DNA from: a virus
Lineage: Duplodnaviria; Caudoviricetes
Direction: 5' to 3' (one strand)
Virus record (IMG/VR): IMGVR_UViG_3300036979_000267
Coordinates: 1-61,078 of that record
Length of the DNA: 61,078 nt
Shown: in pieces, positions 46,649-55,346 of the stretch
Layout: each line of letters begins with the position of its first letter
Numbering within the stretch: the stretch's first letter is position 1
The notes under the pieces: generated by a model
What the model saw: only the letters and a program-made list of their open reading frames with translations
Database searches by the model: none
What the model was told of the DNA's origin: nothing
Translations under genes and position numbers: made by a program

Positions 46649-47345
46649 ACTCATGCCACTATCATATAGTCGGCTTTCGACGTACGAGTCGTGCCCGCGC
46701 AAGTTCGAGTACCTGTACGTGCTGAAGTCCATCAAGGACGAGGGCAGCACCGCTACGGAGTACGGAACCCGCGTGCACAGTGCGCTGGAAAATTACGGCA
46801 AGGCGCTGGTAGACCAAGACATCCCTGTGCTGGAAGGCCTCATGGAGTTGGAGAGCGAAGCGAAGGCTTGGTTCCCCATGGTCAAGAAAATCTGTGGCCG
46901 CTCGGGCAAAAAACTGTTCGAGCATCAGATGGCCATTCGCCGCGACAAGACCCCGTGCGGCTGGTTCGACGCTGACGTGTGGCTTCGCTCCATCGCGGAC
47001 GTGCTGATCGTGGACGGCAAGAAGGCGTACTGCCTCGACTGGAAGACTGGCAAGAAGAAGGACAACCCCACGCAGATGCAACTGTTTGCGGCCATGGTGT
47101 TCCTGCACTTCCCAGAGGTCGAAGAGGTGGTGACCAGTTTCGTGTGGTTGGTTGCAAACGACATGACCAATGTGGTGTATCAGCGCCGCTACGCAGACAG
47201 CTTGTGGGTGGCCATTGAGCCGCGACTGGTGGCGGTGCAGGAAGCTGTGGACCTCGGCGTATTCGCGGCCAAGCCCTCGGGCCTGTGCCCATGGTGCCCT
47301 GCACAAGACATCTGCGGCGACGCAAAGAAGGGAAAACGGAAATGA
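46638..47345 (+). CDS. PD-(D/E)XK Cas4-like exonuclease
   Basis: SYSRL..YESCPRK, GT.VH..LE, DWKTGK, Q..L, C-terminal CPWCP....C; GTG start after GGAGG. Confidence 0.88.
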   Translation: MADKLMPLSYSRLSTYESCPRKFEYLYVLKSIKDEGSTATEYGTRVHSALENYGKALVDQDIPVLEGLMELESEAKAWFPMVKKICGRSGKKLFEHQMAIRRDKTPCGWFDADVWLRSIADVLIVDGKKAYCLDWKTGKKKDNPTQMQLFAAMVFLHFPEVEEVVTSFVWLVANDMTNVVYQRRYADSLWVAIEPRLVAVQEAVDLGVFAAKPSGLCPWCPAQDICGDAKKGKRK

Positions 47346-47665
47346 AAAACGAAAAAGATGTGAAGGCTGCTGTGAAGGCGATCATGGGCCGCCCCGTGGA
47401 CTTCCTGTGGTACTACATGCCTGCGGCCAATGGCTTCGGCACGCCGGGCATCCCGGACTTCATGGGAATCTGCTACGGCCGCGCGTTTGCCATCGAGACC
47501 AAGTTCGGTGCCGGTAAGCGCACTGCATGGCAGGAGAAGCAAGCGGACGCAATCAACTGGGCCGGAGGGCAATACTGGCTGGTGAACGAGAAGAACGTGG
47601 AGGACTTCGCTGTTTCGTTTTCGCAGTTCGCACGCGAATGCGCAGCCCGCAACGGGATCATGTAA
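47342..47665 (+). CDS. VRR-NUC nuclease / resolvase
   Basis: EKDVK, GIPDF, AIETK, T.WQ motifs. Confidence 0.85.
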   Translation: MKNEKDVKAAVKAIMGRPVDFLWYYMPAANGFGTPGIPDFMGICYGRAFAIETKFGAGKRTAWQEKQADAINWAGGQYWLVNEKNVEDFAVSFSQFARECAARNGIM

Positions 47666-49662
47666 TGCTCGTAGTCCCGGCTTCCCGCAAACTCGTCATC
47701 GACTCACCCAGCTATGCGCAGGTGGCGTCGGTGATTCCCCACGCGAAGGCATTTACCCATGCTGGGCAGAACCTACTTGCGCTGCACCACGGCGTTGAAG
47801 AGTCACTGGTGCTTAAAAACTTTGGCTTTAGTGTGCCTGCGCCTATCTTGTCCTACTACTCGTGGCCTGCACGCTTTACGGCTATGGAGCATCAAAAGGA
47901 CACGGCAGCGTTTCTGACGATGAACAAGCGGGCGCTGGTGCTGAACGCGCCGGGCACTGGGAAGACCCTATCGGCCATCTGGGCTGCGGACTTCCTGCTG
48001 GACGAGGGAGTGGCCAAGCGTATTCTGATCGTGGCGCCGCTATCTACCCTGACTGTGGTGTGGGGCCGGGAGTTGTACCACCACTTACCCCACAGGGCTT
48101 TCAAGGTAGTCACAGGAGATCGGAAGAAGCGGGAAGAGTTGCTGGCCACACCCGGGTGTCAATACTTCATCATCAACCACGATGGCTTCACGAACATGCA
48201 GGACGCCCTGAAGGATTTCGACATCGTGATCTATGACGAGGCCACCGCACTAAAGTCGCCAAGCTCACAGCGGTACAAGATATTTGCGAAGTGGATGTCG
48301 AAGCACGACCCATGGCTGTGGATGCTGACGGGGACACCCATCTCCCAGAGCCCTGCGGACGCATGGACACTTGCGCGCCTTGTGAATTCACCGGCGTGCC
48401 CGAAGAGCTACACCACGTTCAAGGATATGGTGATGCAGAAAATTACGACGTTCAAGTGGGCCGCGCGGCCGGACGCCCTGACGACATGCAAGAAGATTTT
48501 GCAGCCGTCGATTCGCTTTTCGCTGGACGAGTGCAAGGACTTGCCAGACACGAATTTTGTGGGGCGCAAGACCACGCTGACGCTGCAACAGAAGAAGGCG
48601 TTCAAGGAGATGCAGGAGAAGGCGGTGACGTTTTTCTCTGGCGCGGAGGTATCCGCACCGAACGCTGCAGTGGTGCTGGCCAAGCTATTACAAATCTGCT
48701 GCATAGCGGGCGATACGGATGTGCTAACCGGGAGGGGGTGGGTGCCCATACAGACCGTTACTCCGTTGGACATTGTGTGGGATGGGGCGGAGTGGGTAAC
48801 CTGCGCCGGGTCTGCGCTACAAGGGTATAAGACTGTGGTGGACTGCGCGGGTGTGTTCATGACGCCCGACCACAAAGTCCTTTCGACAGCAGGGTGGGTA
48901 GAGGCGAGGGAGTTTTTGTATGGCGAATCACGCAGTAGACCTACTAGGGCAGACGTTCGGGTTCCTGACGGTGCTGTCCCGAGCAGAGCCACCCACGGGG
49001 AAATCCAAGACCGCCCGAATTTCCCGCGGGGACCCGGACCCACTGCGGCGGGTCCGGTAGCTGTGTATGACGTGCTGAACTGTGGCCCGAGAAATCGTTT
49101 TGTGGTGCGCGGACGCAACGGGGAACTAAGCATCGTGCACAACTGTGGCGTAGTTTATTCTGACACAGATCGAGTTGAAATAGATGCCAGTGACAGGTAT
49201 AATACGTTCACCGAATTGCTCGATGAAATAGGCGGCAAGGTAATAGTGTTTTGCCCTTTACGGGGAGTGCAGGATTGGTTGGAAACGTCATTGCGCAAAG
49301 GTGGCTACGATGTGGCATCTGTGCATGGCGGTGTGAGTAAGACAGCGCGTAATCAGATATTTAATGACTTTCAGCATACAAGCGGCATTCAGGTTTTGCT
49401 GGCACACCCCAAGGTGGCCGCGCACGGACTGACGCTGACGGCGGCGAAGGACATTATCTGGTTTGCCCCTATCTACTCACTGGAGCAGTATGAACAAGCC
49501 TGTGCTAGAATACGTAGGCTGAGTACAGAAGGCAAGACGACGGTGTGGCATTTGTACGCAACACCATTTGAGGCGGAGCTTTACAGGCGACTCCACCAGA
49601 AACGAAAAGTGCTTGGGGACTTTTTGGACTTAGTAAATGGAACGAACGACGACTCTGATTGA
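47665..49662 (+). CDS. SNF2-family helicase containing a mini-intein
   Basis: PGTGKT, IVAP, YDEA, LTGTP, KLLQIC|CG, HGLTLTAA and YEQACARI motifs. Confidence 0.9.
   Translation: MLVVPASRKLVIDSPSYAQVASVIPHAKAFTHAGQNLLALHHGVEESLVLKNFGFSVPAPILSYYSWPARFTAMEHQKDTAAFLTMNKRALVLNAPGTGKTLSAIWAADFLLDEGVAKRILIVAPLSTLTVVWGRELYHHLPHRAFKVVTGDRKKREELLATPGCQYFIINHDGFTNMQDALKDFDIVIYDEATALKSPSSQRYKIFAKWMSKHDPWLWMLTGTPISQSPADAWTLARLVNSPACPKSYTTFKDMVMQKITTFKWAARPDALTTCKKILQPSIRFSLDECKDLPDTNFVGRKTTLTLQQKKAFKEMQEKAVTFFSGAEVSAPNAAVVLAKLLQICCIAGDTDVLTGRGWVPIQTVTPLDIVWDGAEWVTCAGSALQGYKTVVDCAGVFMTPDHKVLSTAGWVEAREFLYGESRSRPTRADVRVPDGAVPSRATHGEIQDRPNFPRGPGPTAAGPVAVYDVLNCGPRNRFVVRGRNGELSIVHNCGVVYSDTDRVEIDASDRYNTFTELLDEIGGKVIVFCPLRGVQDWLETSLRKGGYDVASVHGGVSKTARNQIFNDFQHTSGIQVLLAHPKVAAHGLTLTAAKDIIWFAPIYSLEQYEQACARIRRLSTEGKTTVWHLYATPFEAELYRRLHQKRKVLGDFLDLVNGTNDDSD
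48700..49143 (+). mobile_element. Mini-intein (148 aa) in the SNF2 helicase
   Basis: Cys1 CIAGDTDVLTGRGW, block B TPDHKV, block F VYDVLNCGPRNRF, terminal VHN then Cys+1. Confidence 0.9.
48920..49060 (+). pseudogene. Internally deleted endonuclease ORF in the +1 frame of the helicase intein
   Basis: GAGGGAG RBS; MANHAVDLLGQTFGFLTVLSRAEPPTGKSKTARISRGDPDPLRRVR*; DLLGQTFGFLTV matches DLAGQRFGALQV of HNH 49637. Confidence 0.7.
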
Positions 49663-50224
49663 CCTCGCGGGGCAGCGGTTTGGGGCGCTACAAGTGTGGT
49701 GCCGCCTACCGAATCGGGGGCGCGCCGTGTATTGGTTTTGTGTATGCGACTGCGGCGCTACTGCAGAGTGCTCGTCTGGTAACTTGCGCGGCGGCAAGTC
49801 TCGTAGCTGCGGATGCGTCCGCACAAGGCACGGCGGCTGGAAGAGCAAAGAGTATGCGAGTTGGCGACACATGCGCCAACGATGCGACAACCCAGAGCAC
49901 GCGGCGTACCGCAACTATGGTGGTCGGGGCATAACGTACTGCGCCGCTTGGGATGACTTCGCAGTGTTCTTGTCGGACATGGGTGCTGCGCCAGCGGGTG
50001 GGACACTGGAGAGAATCGACAACAACAAAGGGTATGCCCCCGATAACTGTCGGTGGGCCACGAAGAAAGAGCAAGGGCGCAACCGGCGTACGAATACGCT
50101 GAATACCGATACCGCGCGGCAAATACGCGCAGCGGACGGAGACCAGCAGGGGATTGCGAAACGCTTCGGTGTTTCGCAAGCGACAGTGAGTAGGGTTAAA
50201 AATTGTAAACAGTGGAACTATTAA
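49637..50224 (+). CDS. Free-standing HNH homing endonuclease with C-terminal HTH
   Basis: DLAGQRFG, WFCVCDCG, SCGC, YGGRGI, TLERIDNNKGYAPDNCRWAT, IAKRFGVSQATVSRV. Confidence 0.9.
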   Translation: MERTTTLIDLAGQRFGALQVWCRLPNRGRAVYWFCVCDCGATAECSSGNLRGGKSRSCGCVRTRHGGWKSKEYASWRHMRQRCDNPEHAAYRNYGGRGITYCAAWDDFAVFLSDMGAAPAGGTLERIDNNKGYAPDNCRWATKKEQGRNRRTNTLNTDTARQIRAADGDQQGIAKRFGVSQATVSRVKNCKQWNY

Positions 50225-50235
50225 GGAGAAATCAA

Positions 50236-50628
50236 TTGAACTTTGAACAAGCAGGCGAAAAATATATCGCCCTTCGCAATGAGGTAGCAGCCATTGAAGC
50301 CGAGGCCAAGACCGCTGTGGCCGAGAAAAAGGCCACCATGCTGGACCTCGAAAACTGGTTTACTTTGCGCGCCCAAGAAGAGGGCATGGTGAAGATTCCA
50401 ACATCAGTGGGGACCGCGTATTGGTCCACACACAATGCCGCAACAGTTGCTGACCGCAATGCGTTGTTCGAGTTCTGCAAAGAAAACAACACGTGGGATT
50501 TGATTGAATCCCGCGCGTCAAAAACCGCCGTGAAAAGTTATGTTGAAGGCCACGGTGTACCCCCGCCCGGAGTGAATTTCTCTTCCGTGCAAGTCTTCAA
50601 TTTCCGTAAAACCACCTCAAAGGAATAA
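50236..50628 (+). CDS. Conserved phage replication-module protein
   Basis: TTG start after AAGGAG; YIALR...T.VGTAY...L.E.RASKT...PPPGV pattern. Confidence 0.65.
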   Translation: MNFEQAGEKYIALRNEVAAIEAEAKTAVAEKKATMLDLENWFTLRAQEEGMVKIPTSVGTAYWSTHNAATVADRNALFEFCKENNTWDLIESRASKTAVKSYVEGHGVPPPGVNFSSVQVFNFRKTTSKE

Positions 50629-50633
50629 GTCTC

Positions 50634-51563
50634 ATGACTACAACCGCAATCACACAAGTACCCGCGCACATCGCGTCCCGTATCGCCGCTCGTCAGGCCG
50701 CTGGCAACGGCAAGTCCGATGCCATGAAAGCCATCCTCGGCGACGGTGGCCTATCGTTCCCCAAGATCAGCATTCGTGCTGGCCGCTACCGGTTGGTGGA
50801 AGACGGCGTCGAGACCCCCGTGGGTATCACGCTGGACGCCATCATCGTGGGCGTCAACCCCCGCACCAGCAAGGTGTTCTATGCCAAGGCGTACGACCAG
50901 AGCGCGGACAACACCCGCCCTGACTGCTTCTCGAATGACGGCCTCAAGCCTGACGCCTCTGTCACTGCCCCTGTGGCGAACGGCTGCGCCAACTGCCCCA
51001 ACAATGTGCTGGGCTCCAAGATTTTGCCGTCGGGTGCCAAGTCCAAGATGTGTAACGACCATCGCCACCTCGCGGTGATCCCTGCGTCTGACCCCAGCAA
51101 GGTCTATGGCATGACTGTTCCCGTGTCCGGCATGAAAGCGCTGCGGGAATATTTCAAGGACTTAGACAATTTCGGCATGAACCCGGAGGAAACCATAACC
51201 GAATTGGGCTTTGACGACACCGCCAGCTACCCCAGGATCACGTTCACACGCAAGGGTTTCGTGCCTGAGAAGCACATCACCAAAATTGATAGCATCGCGG
51301 GCAGTGATGCCGTGAAGGTGGCAGTACGCCTCATGGCACCCACAGGCTCAACGCAGGCCGCAATTGCCGCTCCTGCGGCGAACGCAGCCTTGGCCGCACC
51401 TACCCCCGCGGCTCCGCCGAAGCCTGCCGTGGACGACGCATACGAGGACGACGCTGCTCCGGCCGCTGCGGCCCCGGCTCCTGCGCCATCTAAACCAGTA
51501 GCGGCTCCTGTGAAGGCGTCGTCAGAATTAGAAGCGAAGCTCGACAACCTGTTCGGCGACTAA
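50634..51563 (+). CDS. ssDNA-binding / annealing-like protein
   Basis: PDCFSNDG.KP, C..CPNN..GS motif, Ala/Pro linker and acidic-aromatic tail (LDNLFGD). Confidence 0.6.
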   Translation: MTTTAITQVPAHIASRIAARQAAGNGKSDAMKAILGDGGLSFPKISIRAGRYRLVEDGVETPVGITLDAIIVGVNPRTSKVFYAKAYDQSADNTRPDCFSNDGLKPDASVTAPVANGCANCPNNVLGSKILPSGAKSKMCNDHRHLAVIPASDPSKVYGMTVPVSGMKALREYFKDLDNFGMNPEETITELGFDDTASYPRITFTRKGFVPEKHITKIDSIAGSDAVKVAVRLMAPTGSTQAAIAAPAANAALAAPTPAAPPKPAVDDAYEDDAAPAAAAPAPAPSKPVAAPVKASSELEAKLDNLFGD

Positions 51564-51585
51564 TATACTGGCCTTCCGATTTCTC

Positions 51586-51608
51586 ACCCCGGCAGCGCCG
51601 GGGTTTTT
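51586..51608 (+). terminator. Rho-independent terminator
   Basis: ACCCCGGC-AGC-GCCGGGGT followed by TTTT. Confidence 0.75.
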
Positions 51609-51625
51609 CATTCTGAGGGGTATGC

Positions 51626-54583
51626 GTGGACACAAAAACTTTCTTTACTCGCGTGTTGTCCCCCACTGACGAAGTTGTAATCTGCACTCACAAACCAGAC
51701 CCGACCGGAGGTAACCCGAAGGGGTTCTTCTGGGACAACGGCTCATTTGCAGATTTAGACGATGCGGTCGCGGCGGTACAACGATTTGATAAACAGGCCG
51801 ACATGACGGTCTACTACTCAGTGGGCAAATTCGCCAACCACGAGTACACAAACGACAAGGGCAAAGTCCGGCACCATCGTTACAAACACTTGGCTACTTC
51901 GTTCAAGGCACTGGCATTCGATCTGGACTGCGGCGCGGGTAAACCCTATGCTACGCAGAAAGAGGGCTGGGCGGCGCTGAAGGTGGGGTTGCTTGCCATC
52001 GGGTTCCCCATGCCCATGGTGGTGTCTTCCGGCAACGGGATTCACTGCTACTGGCCGCTCACCGCCAGCGTCAAAGCCGAGCATTGGGAGAAAGCCTCCA
52101 TTGCCCTGCGCCTTGCGTTGGACGAACACAAGGTGGAAATTGATGTCTCGAAAATCCACGACACGTCGATGGTCCTGCGGCCCGTGGGCGCGCACCACAA
52201 GAAGCAGACACCGTGGAAAGAAGTGCGCTGTGTGGCCGACTGCCCAGACTACGACCCAGCCATGCTGTTCGGGTTGCTCAAGCCATGGTTCGGCAAGATA
52301 GCCGCCTCCGCGACGCGGCCGATACGAGTGGGTGGCACCAAGGGGCGCTCCTCGGTCATGTCCGCGCTGCTGGATACCGGCGACATCGTGCTGGACGCCG
52401 TGGTGCAAGGGTGTGCGCAGCTTGCCGCCATTGTTGCCTCCGGCGGAGTGAGCGATGCGGCGGGGCGCCCGGTGACCGAGCCTATGTGGCGGGCCACCAT
52501 CGGGTTTGCAAAGTATTGCACAGACGTGGACGGGGCAGTGGTGGCCATGGCCGGGAAGTATCCGGGCTTTGACCTTGCCGACTCCAAAGCGAAGATGCTG
52601 AACTGGAAGGCCACGGGGCCAACTACCTGTGTCGAGTTCGAGAAGCATTGCTCAAGCGGGTGCGCAGGCTGCCCGCGCAAGGGCACTATCACAAGCCCAG
52701 CCGGACTGAACAAAGTCATCGACATCGTGCCTCCGCCCGGTGTGGTGGCGATCAGCCTGCCGGGCGACTACTTCATGGACGGCGGCAAGATTTGGATGGA
52801 CGTGGAGAAGGAGATCAGCACTACGGCCTCAGACGGCAAGAAGCTGAAAGCGATGGTGACGGAGAAGACACTGGTGTGCCCACTGGAGATGTACATAACC
52901 GGCATCTTCACGGACCACTCGTACTCCAGCACCACCGCTACCCTGCATGTGAAGTATCCGCTGGGGAATTGGAAAGAGCACGAACTGCCGCTGGGCAAGT
53001 TGTCGAGCCCCAAAGACCTGAGCGACTATCTCATCAACAAGCAAATTTTTATCACTCAACAGGCCGTGCAAGAACGGACAAGGATTTACCTCATGAACTA
53101 CTTGGAAATGGTACAGCAACAGGCACCCTCTGGCGCGGACTTCGTGGCCTTCGGATGGCAAGACGACGGCTCGTTCCTATGCGGGGAAACCCTCATCAAC
53201 TCACCCACAGGCAATGTGGCCCGGCGCCTCAAGGGTCCAGCGTCCCGCTACGCTGACATCATCTGCATGAAGGGCGACCGCGAAGCGTGGGCGGATGCCA
53301 CGGCGATGCTGGACATCCCGCAGGCCAACAACGTGGCTGCAGCTATCCTGCTGTCCGGCGTGGGCATCCTCGGCCCGGTGGCGGGCAATGCCACGGCAGT
53401 GATTTCGTTCTACTCCCCCAAGACCACCACGGGCAAGACAACCTGCCTGTATGCGGCCAACAGCACGTTCGGGCACCCCAAGGCGCTGCTCATGCGCTCG
53501 AAGGACACCAGCAATGCCACGTACAAGATGCGGGGTGTGCTCAACAACATGCCGGGTACCGTGGACGAGTTGACCATGCTGCCGCCCGAGCAGGCCACAG
53601 AAATGGCATACAGTTTCAGCGAAGGCCGGGAGAAGATTGCCATGACCAAGGACCGCGAACTGCGCGAGCCTGCTGTCTGGGCAGGACCGACCATGGTGTC
53701 GTGCAACATCTCCCTGATTAGCAAGTACAGCGAAGTCCTGTCGCAGAGCGACCCAGTGCGAATTCGCACGCTGGAGTTCCTGCAGGACGACAACTACTTT
53801 GCCAAGCTGGCGGTGCGTGGTGCCCACGACTTTTTCAACGCCATCGAGCACAACCATGGGTTCTTCATCCCGGAAGTGGTCGAGGCGGTTGTGGCCATGG
53901 GCGGGGCGCGCAAGGTGTGGGAAGACGGCGCTGCTGCGTTCGACAAGAAGTTTGCTTTTGCGTTCGAGACAGAGGAGCGGTTCTACAAGACCAACGTGGT
54001 GGCGGCGTGGATTGTCGGGCTCATCGGCAAAAAGCTGGGGATTGTCCGGTTCGACGTGACCCGCGTTATCCAGCACATGATGGACCGCATCGTGGCGCTG
54101 CGCGCGCAGGCCGTGGCCACCGCGTCAGACGCCTTCGACACCATCGGCCAGTTCCTGCAGGAGCACGCTGACATGCTGCTGGTAGCCAGCGAGGAGTACA
54201 TACAGGGCGGCAAGGGCAAGGAAGTGCCCCAGTACCCGCTGCCCCTCAAGGCGGTAGCCCGCATGACCTTGGTGTTCGACGCCCAGAACCCTGTGCTACC
54301 CGGCAGCCGCATGGCCATCAACACCGCCCTCCTCAAGCGATGGCTCACACGGTCCAAGGATTCACTGGACCGCATCACAGAGGAACTGGGCGCGGCCGGG
54401 GCACTGGTCTCGGTCAACCAGCGGGTAACAATCTACAAGGGCTGCCACGGGCAGAACCCTGCACAGGCATGGTGTCTGGTCCTGAACATGAACCACCCCC
54501 GGTTCGCTCAGGCCATCACCGGCGCGAAGTCTTACCAACCCAGCCCAGTGGCCCTAAGCATGGTCGCCGGGGCTACAATCTAG
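51626..54583 (+). CDS. Primase-helicase (RepB/AEP-like primase plus DUF927 helicase)
   Basis: AFDLDC, VSSGNGIHCYW, Cys cluster C..F.....C.GC, FGWQ, TTGKTT, VDELT, SEGREK motifs. Confidence 0.85.
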   Translation: MDTKTFFTRVLSPTDEVVICTHKPDPTGGNPKGFFWDNGSFADLDDAVAAVQRFDKQADMTVYYSVGKFANHEYTNDKGKVRHHRYKHLATSFKALAFDLDCGAGKPYATQKEGWAALKVGLLAIGFPMPMVVSSGNGIHCYWPLTASVKAEHWEKASIALRLALDEHKVEIDVSKIHDTSMVLRPVGAHHKKQTPWKEVRCVADCPDYDPAMLFGLLKPWFGKIAASATRPIRVGGTKGRSSVMSALLDTGDIVLDAVVQGCAQLAAIVASGGVSDAAGRPVTEPMWRATIGFAKYCTDVDGAVVAMAGKYPGFDLADSKAKMLNWKATGPTTCVEFEKHCSSGCAGCPRKGTITSPAGLNKVIDIVPPPGVVAISLPGDYFMDGGKIWMDVEKEISTTASDGKKLKAMVTEKTLVCPLEMYITGIFTDHSYSSTTATLHVKYPLGNWKEHELPLGKLSSPKDLSDYLINKQIFITQQAVQERTRIYLMNYLEMVQQQAPSGADFVAFGWQDDGSFLCGETLINSPTGNVARRLKGPASRYADIICMKGDREAWADATAMLDIPQANNVAAAILLSGVGILGPVAGNATAVISFYSPKTTTGKTTCLYAANSTFGHPKALLMRSKDTSNATYKMRGVLNNMPGTVDELTMLPPEQATEMAYSFSEGREKIAMTKDRELREPAVWAGPTMVSCNISLISKYSEVLSQSDPVRIRTLEFLQDDNYFAKLAVRGAHDFFNAIEHNHGFFIPEVVEAVVAMGGARKVWEDGAAAFDKKFAFAFETEERFYKTNVVAAWIVGLIGKKLGIVRFDVTRVIQHMMDRIVALRAQAVATASDAFDTIGQFLQEHADMLLVASEEYIQGGKGKEVPQYPLPLKAVARMTLVFDAQNPVLPGSRMAINTALLKRWLTRSKDSLDRITEELGAAGALVSVNQRVTIYKGCHGQNPAQAWCLVLNMNHPRFAQAITGAKSYQPSPVALSMVAGATI

Positions 54584-54592
54584 GAGATAGCG

Positions 54593-55090
54593 ATGAAAGT
54601 TACACAGCAACAAGTTATGGACGCCGTGAAGGGCACCACATACACCATCCTGCCGGACGGTATTACCACGATCTGCCAACTCACGCTGGCCAATGGGTAC
54701 ACGGTGCATGGGGAGAGCGCTTGCGCAGACCCGGCCGAGTTCAACAAGGCCGAAGGCGAGAAGTGGGCATGGGAGGCGGCCCTGCGCAAGGTGTGGCCGC
54801 TACTCGGCTACGCTCTGAAAGAGAAGTTGCACACAGGTATGGGCACGAACTTTGGGGAAGCCCTTCTCGCGCTCAAGGGCGGCAATCGCGTTGCGCGGTC
54901 CGGGTGGAACGGTGCAGGGCTGTGGCTGACGCTACAGGTGCCGGACGCCCACAGCAAGATGACGCTACCCTACATTTACATGAGCTATCCCCACGACGCG
55001 AAAAACACCCCCGGCGCCCGCGTGCCTTGGCTGGCCTCGCAGACCGACCTTCTTGCGGAAGACTGGGCGCTGGTCACGCCCGGGGCGTAG
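54593..55090 (+). CDS. Fusion of N4 gp49/Sf6 gp66-like domain and DUF2829 (Tad2-like) domain
   Basis: N-half TICQLTLANGYTVHGESACADPAEFNKAEGEKWA...VWPLLGYALKEKL; C-half NFGEAL.ALKGG.RVARSGWNG...PYIYM...VPWLASQTDLLAEDW. Confidence 0.8.
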   Translation: MKVTQQQVMDAVKGTTYTILPDGITTICQLTLANGYTVHGESACADPAEFNKAEGEKWAWEAALRKVWPLLGYALKEKLHTGMGTNFGEALLALKGGNRVARSGWNGAGLWLTLQVPDAHSKMTLPYIYMSYPHDAKNTPGARVPWLASQTDLLAEDWALVTPGA

Positions 55091-55345
55091 TTACTTCATC
55101 CCGCCGTTCTTGGTGCGGGCAAACGAGCGGTTCTGGGATGCCGGGACCGCTCGGAGATTGGAGGCCCCGTTGCCTCCACCCTTGACGATGGGATGTTTGT
55201 GATCGACATCCTTGCCGTCCCCCTTCTTCACTACCCCCTTCTTCACCATCTCCGCCCGTGCGGAGTTGCGGGCCGCGCGGTTTTTCTTCTGCTCCTCGGT
55301 GCCTTGGTAGTTGGCGTATTCCTTGGCGTAGTTACGTGTTGCCAT
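55091..55345 (-). CDS. Small HNH-motif protein
   Basis: RNYAKEY...RAARN.AR...GDGKDVDHKHPIVKGG.N...NLR......NRS. Confidence 0.75.
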   Translation of the reverse strand: MATRNYAKEYANYQGTEEQKKNRAARNSARAEMVKKGVVKKGDGKDVDHKHPIVKGGGNGASNLRAVPASQNRSFARTKNGGMK

Positions 55346-55346
55346 C

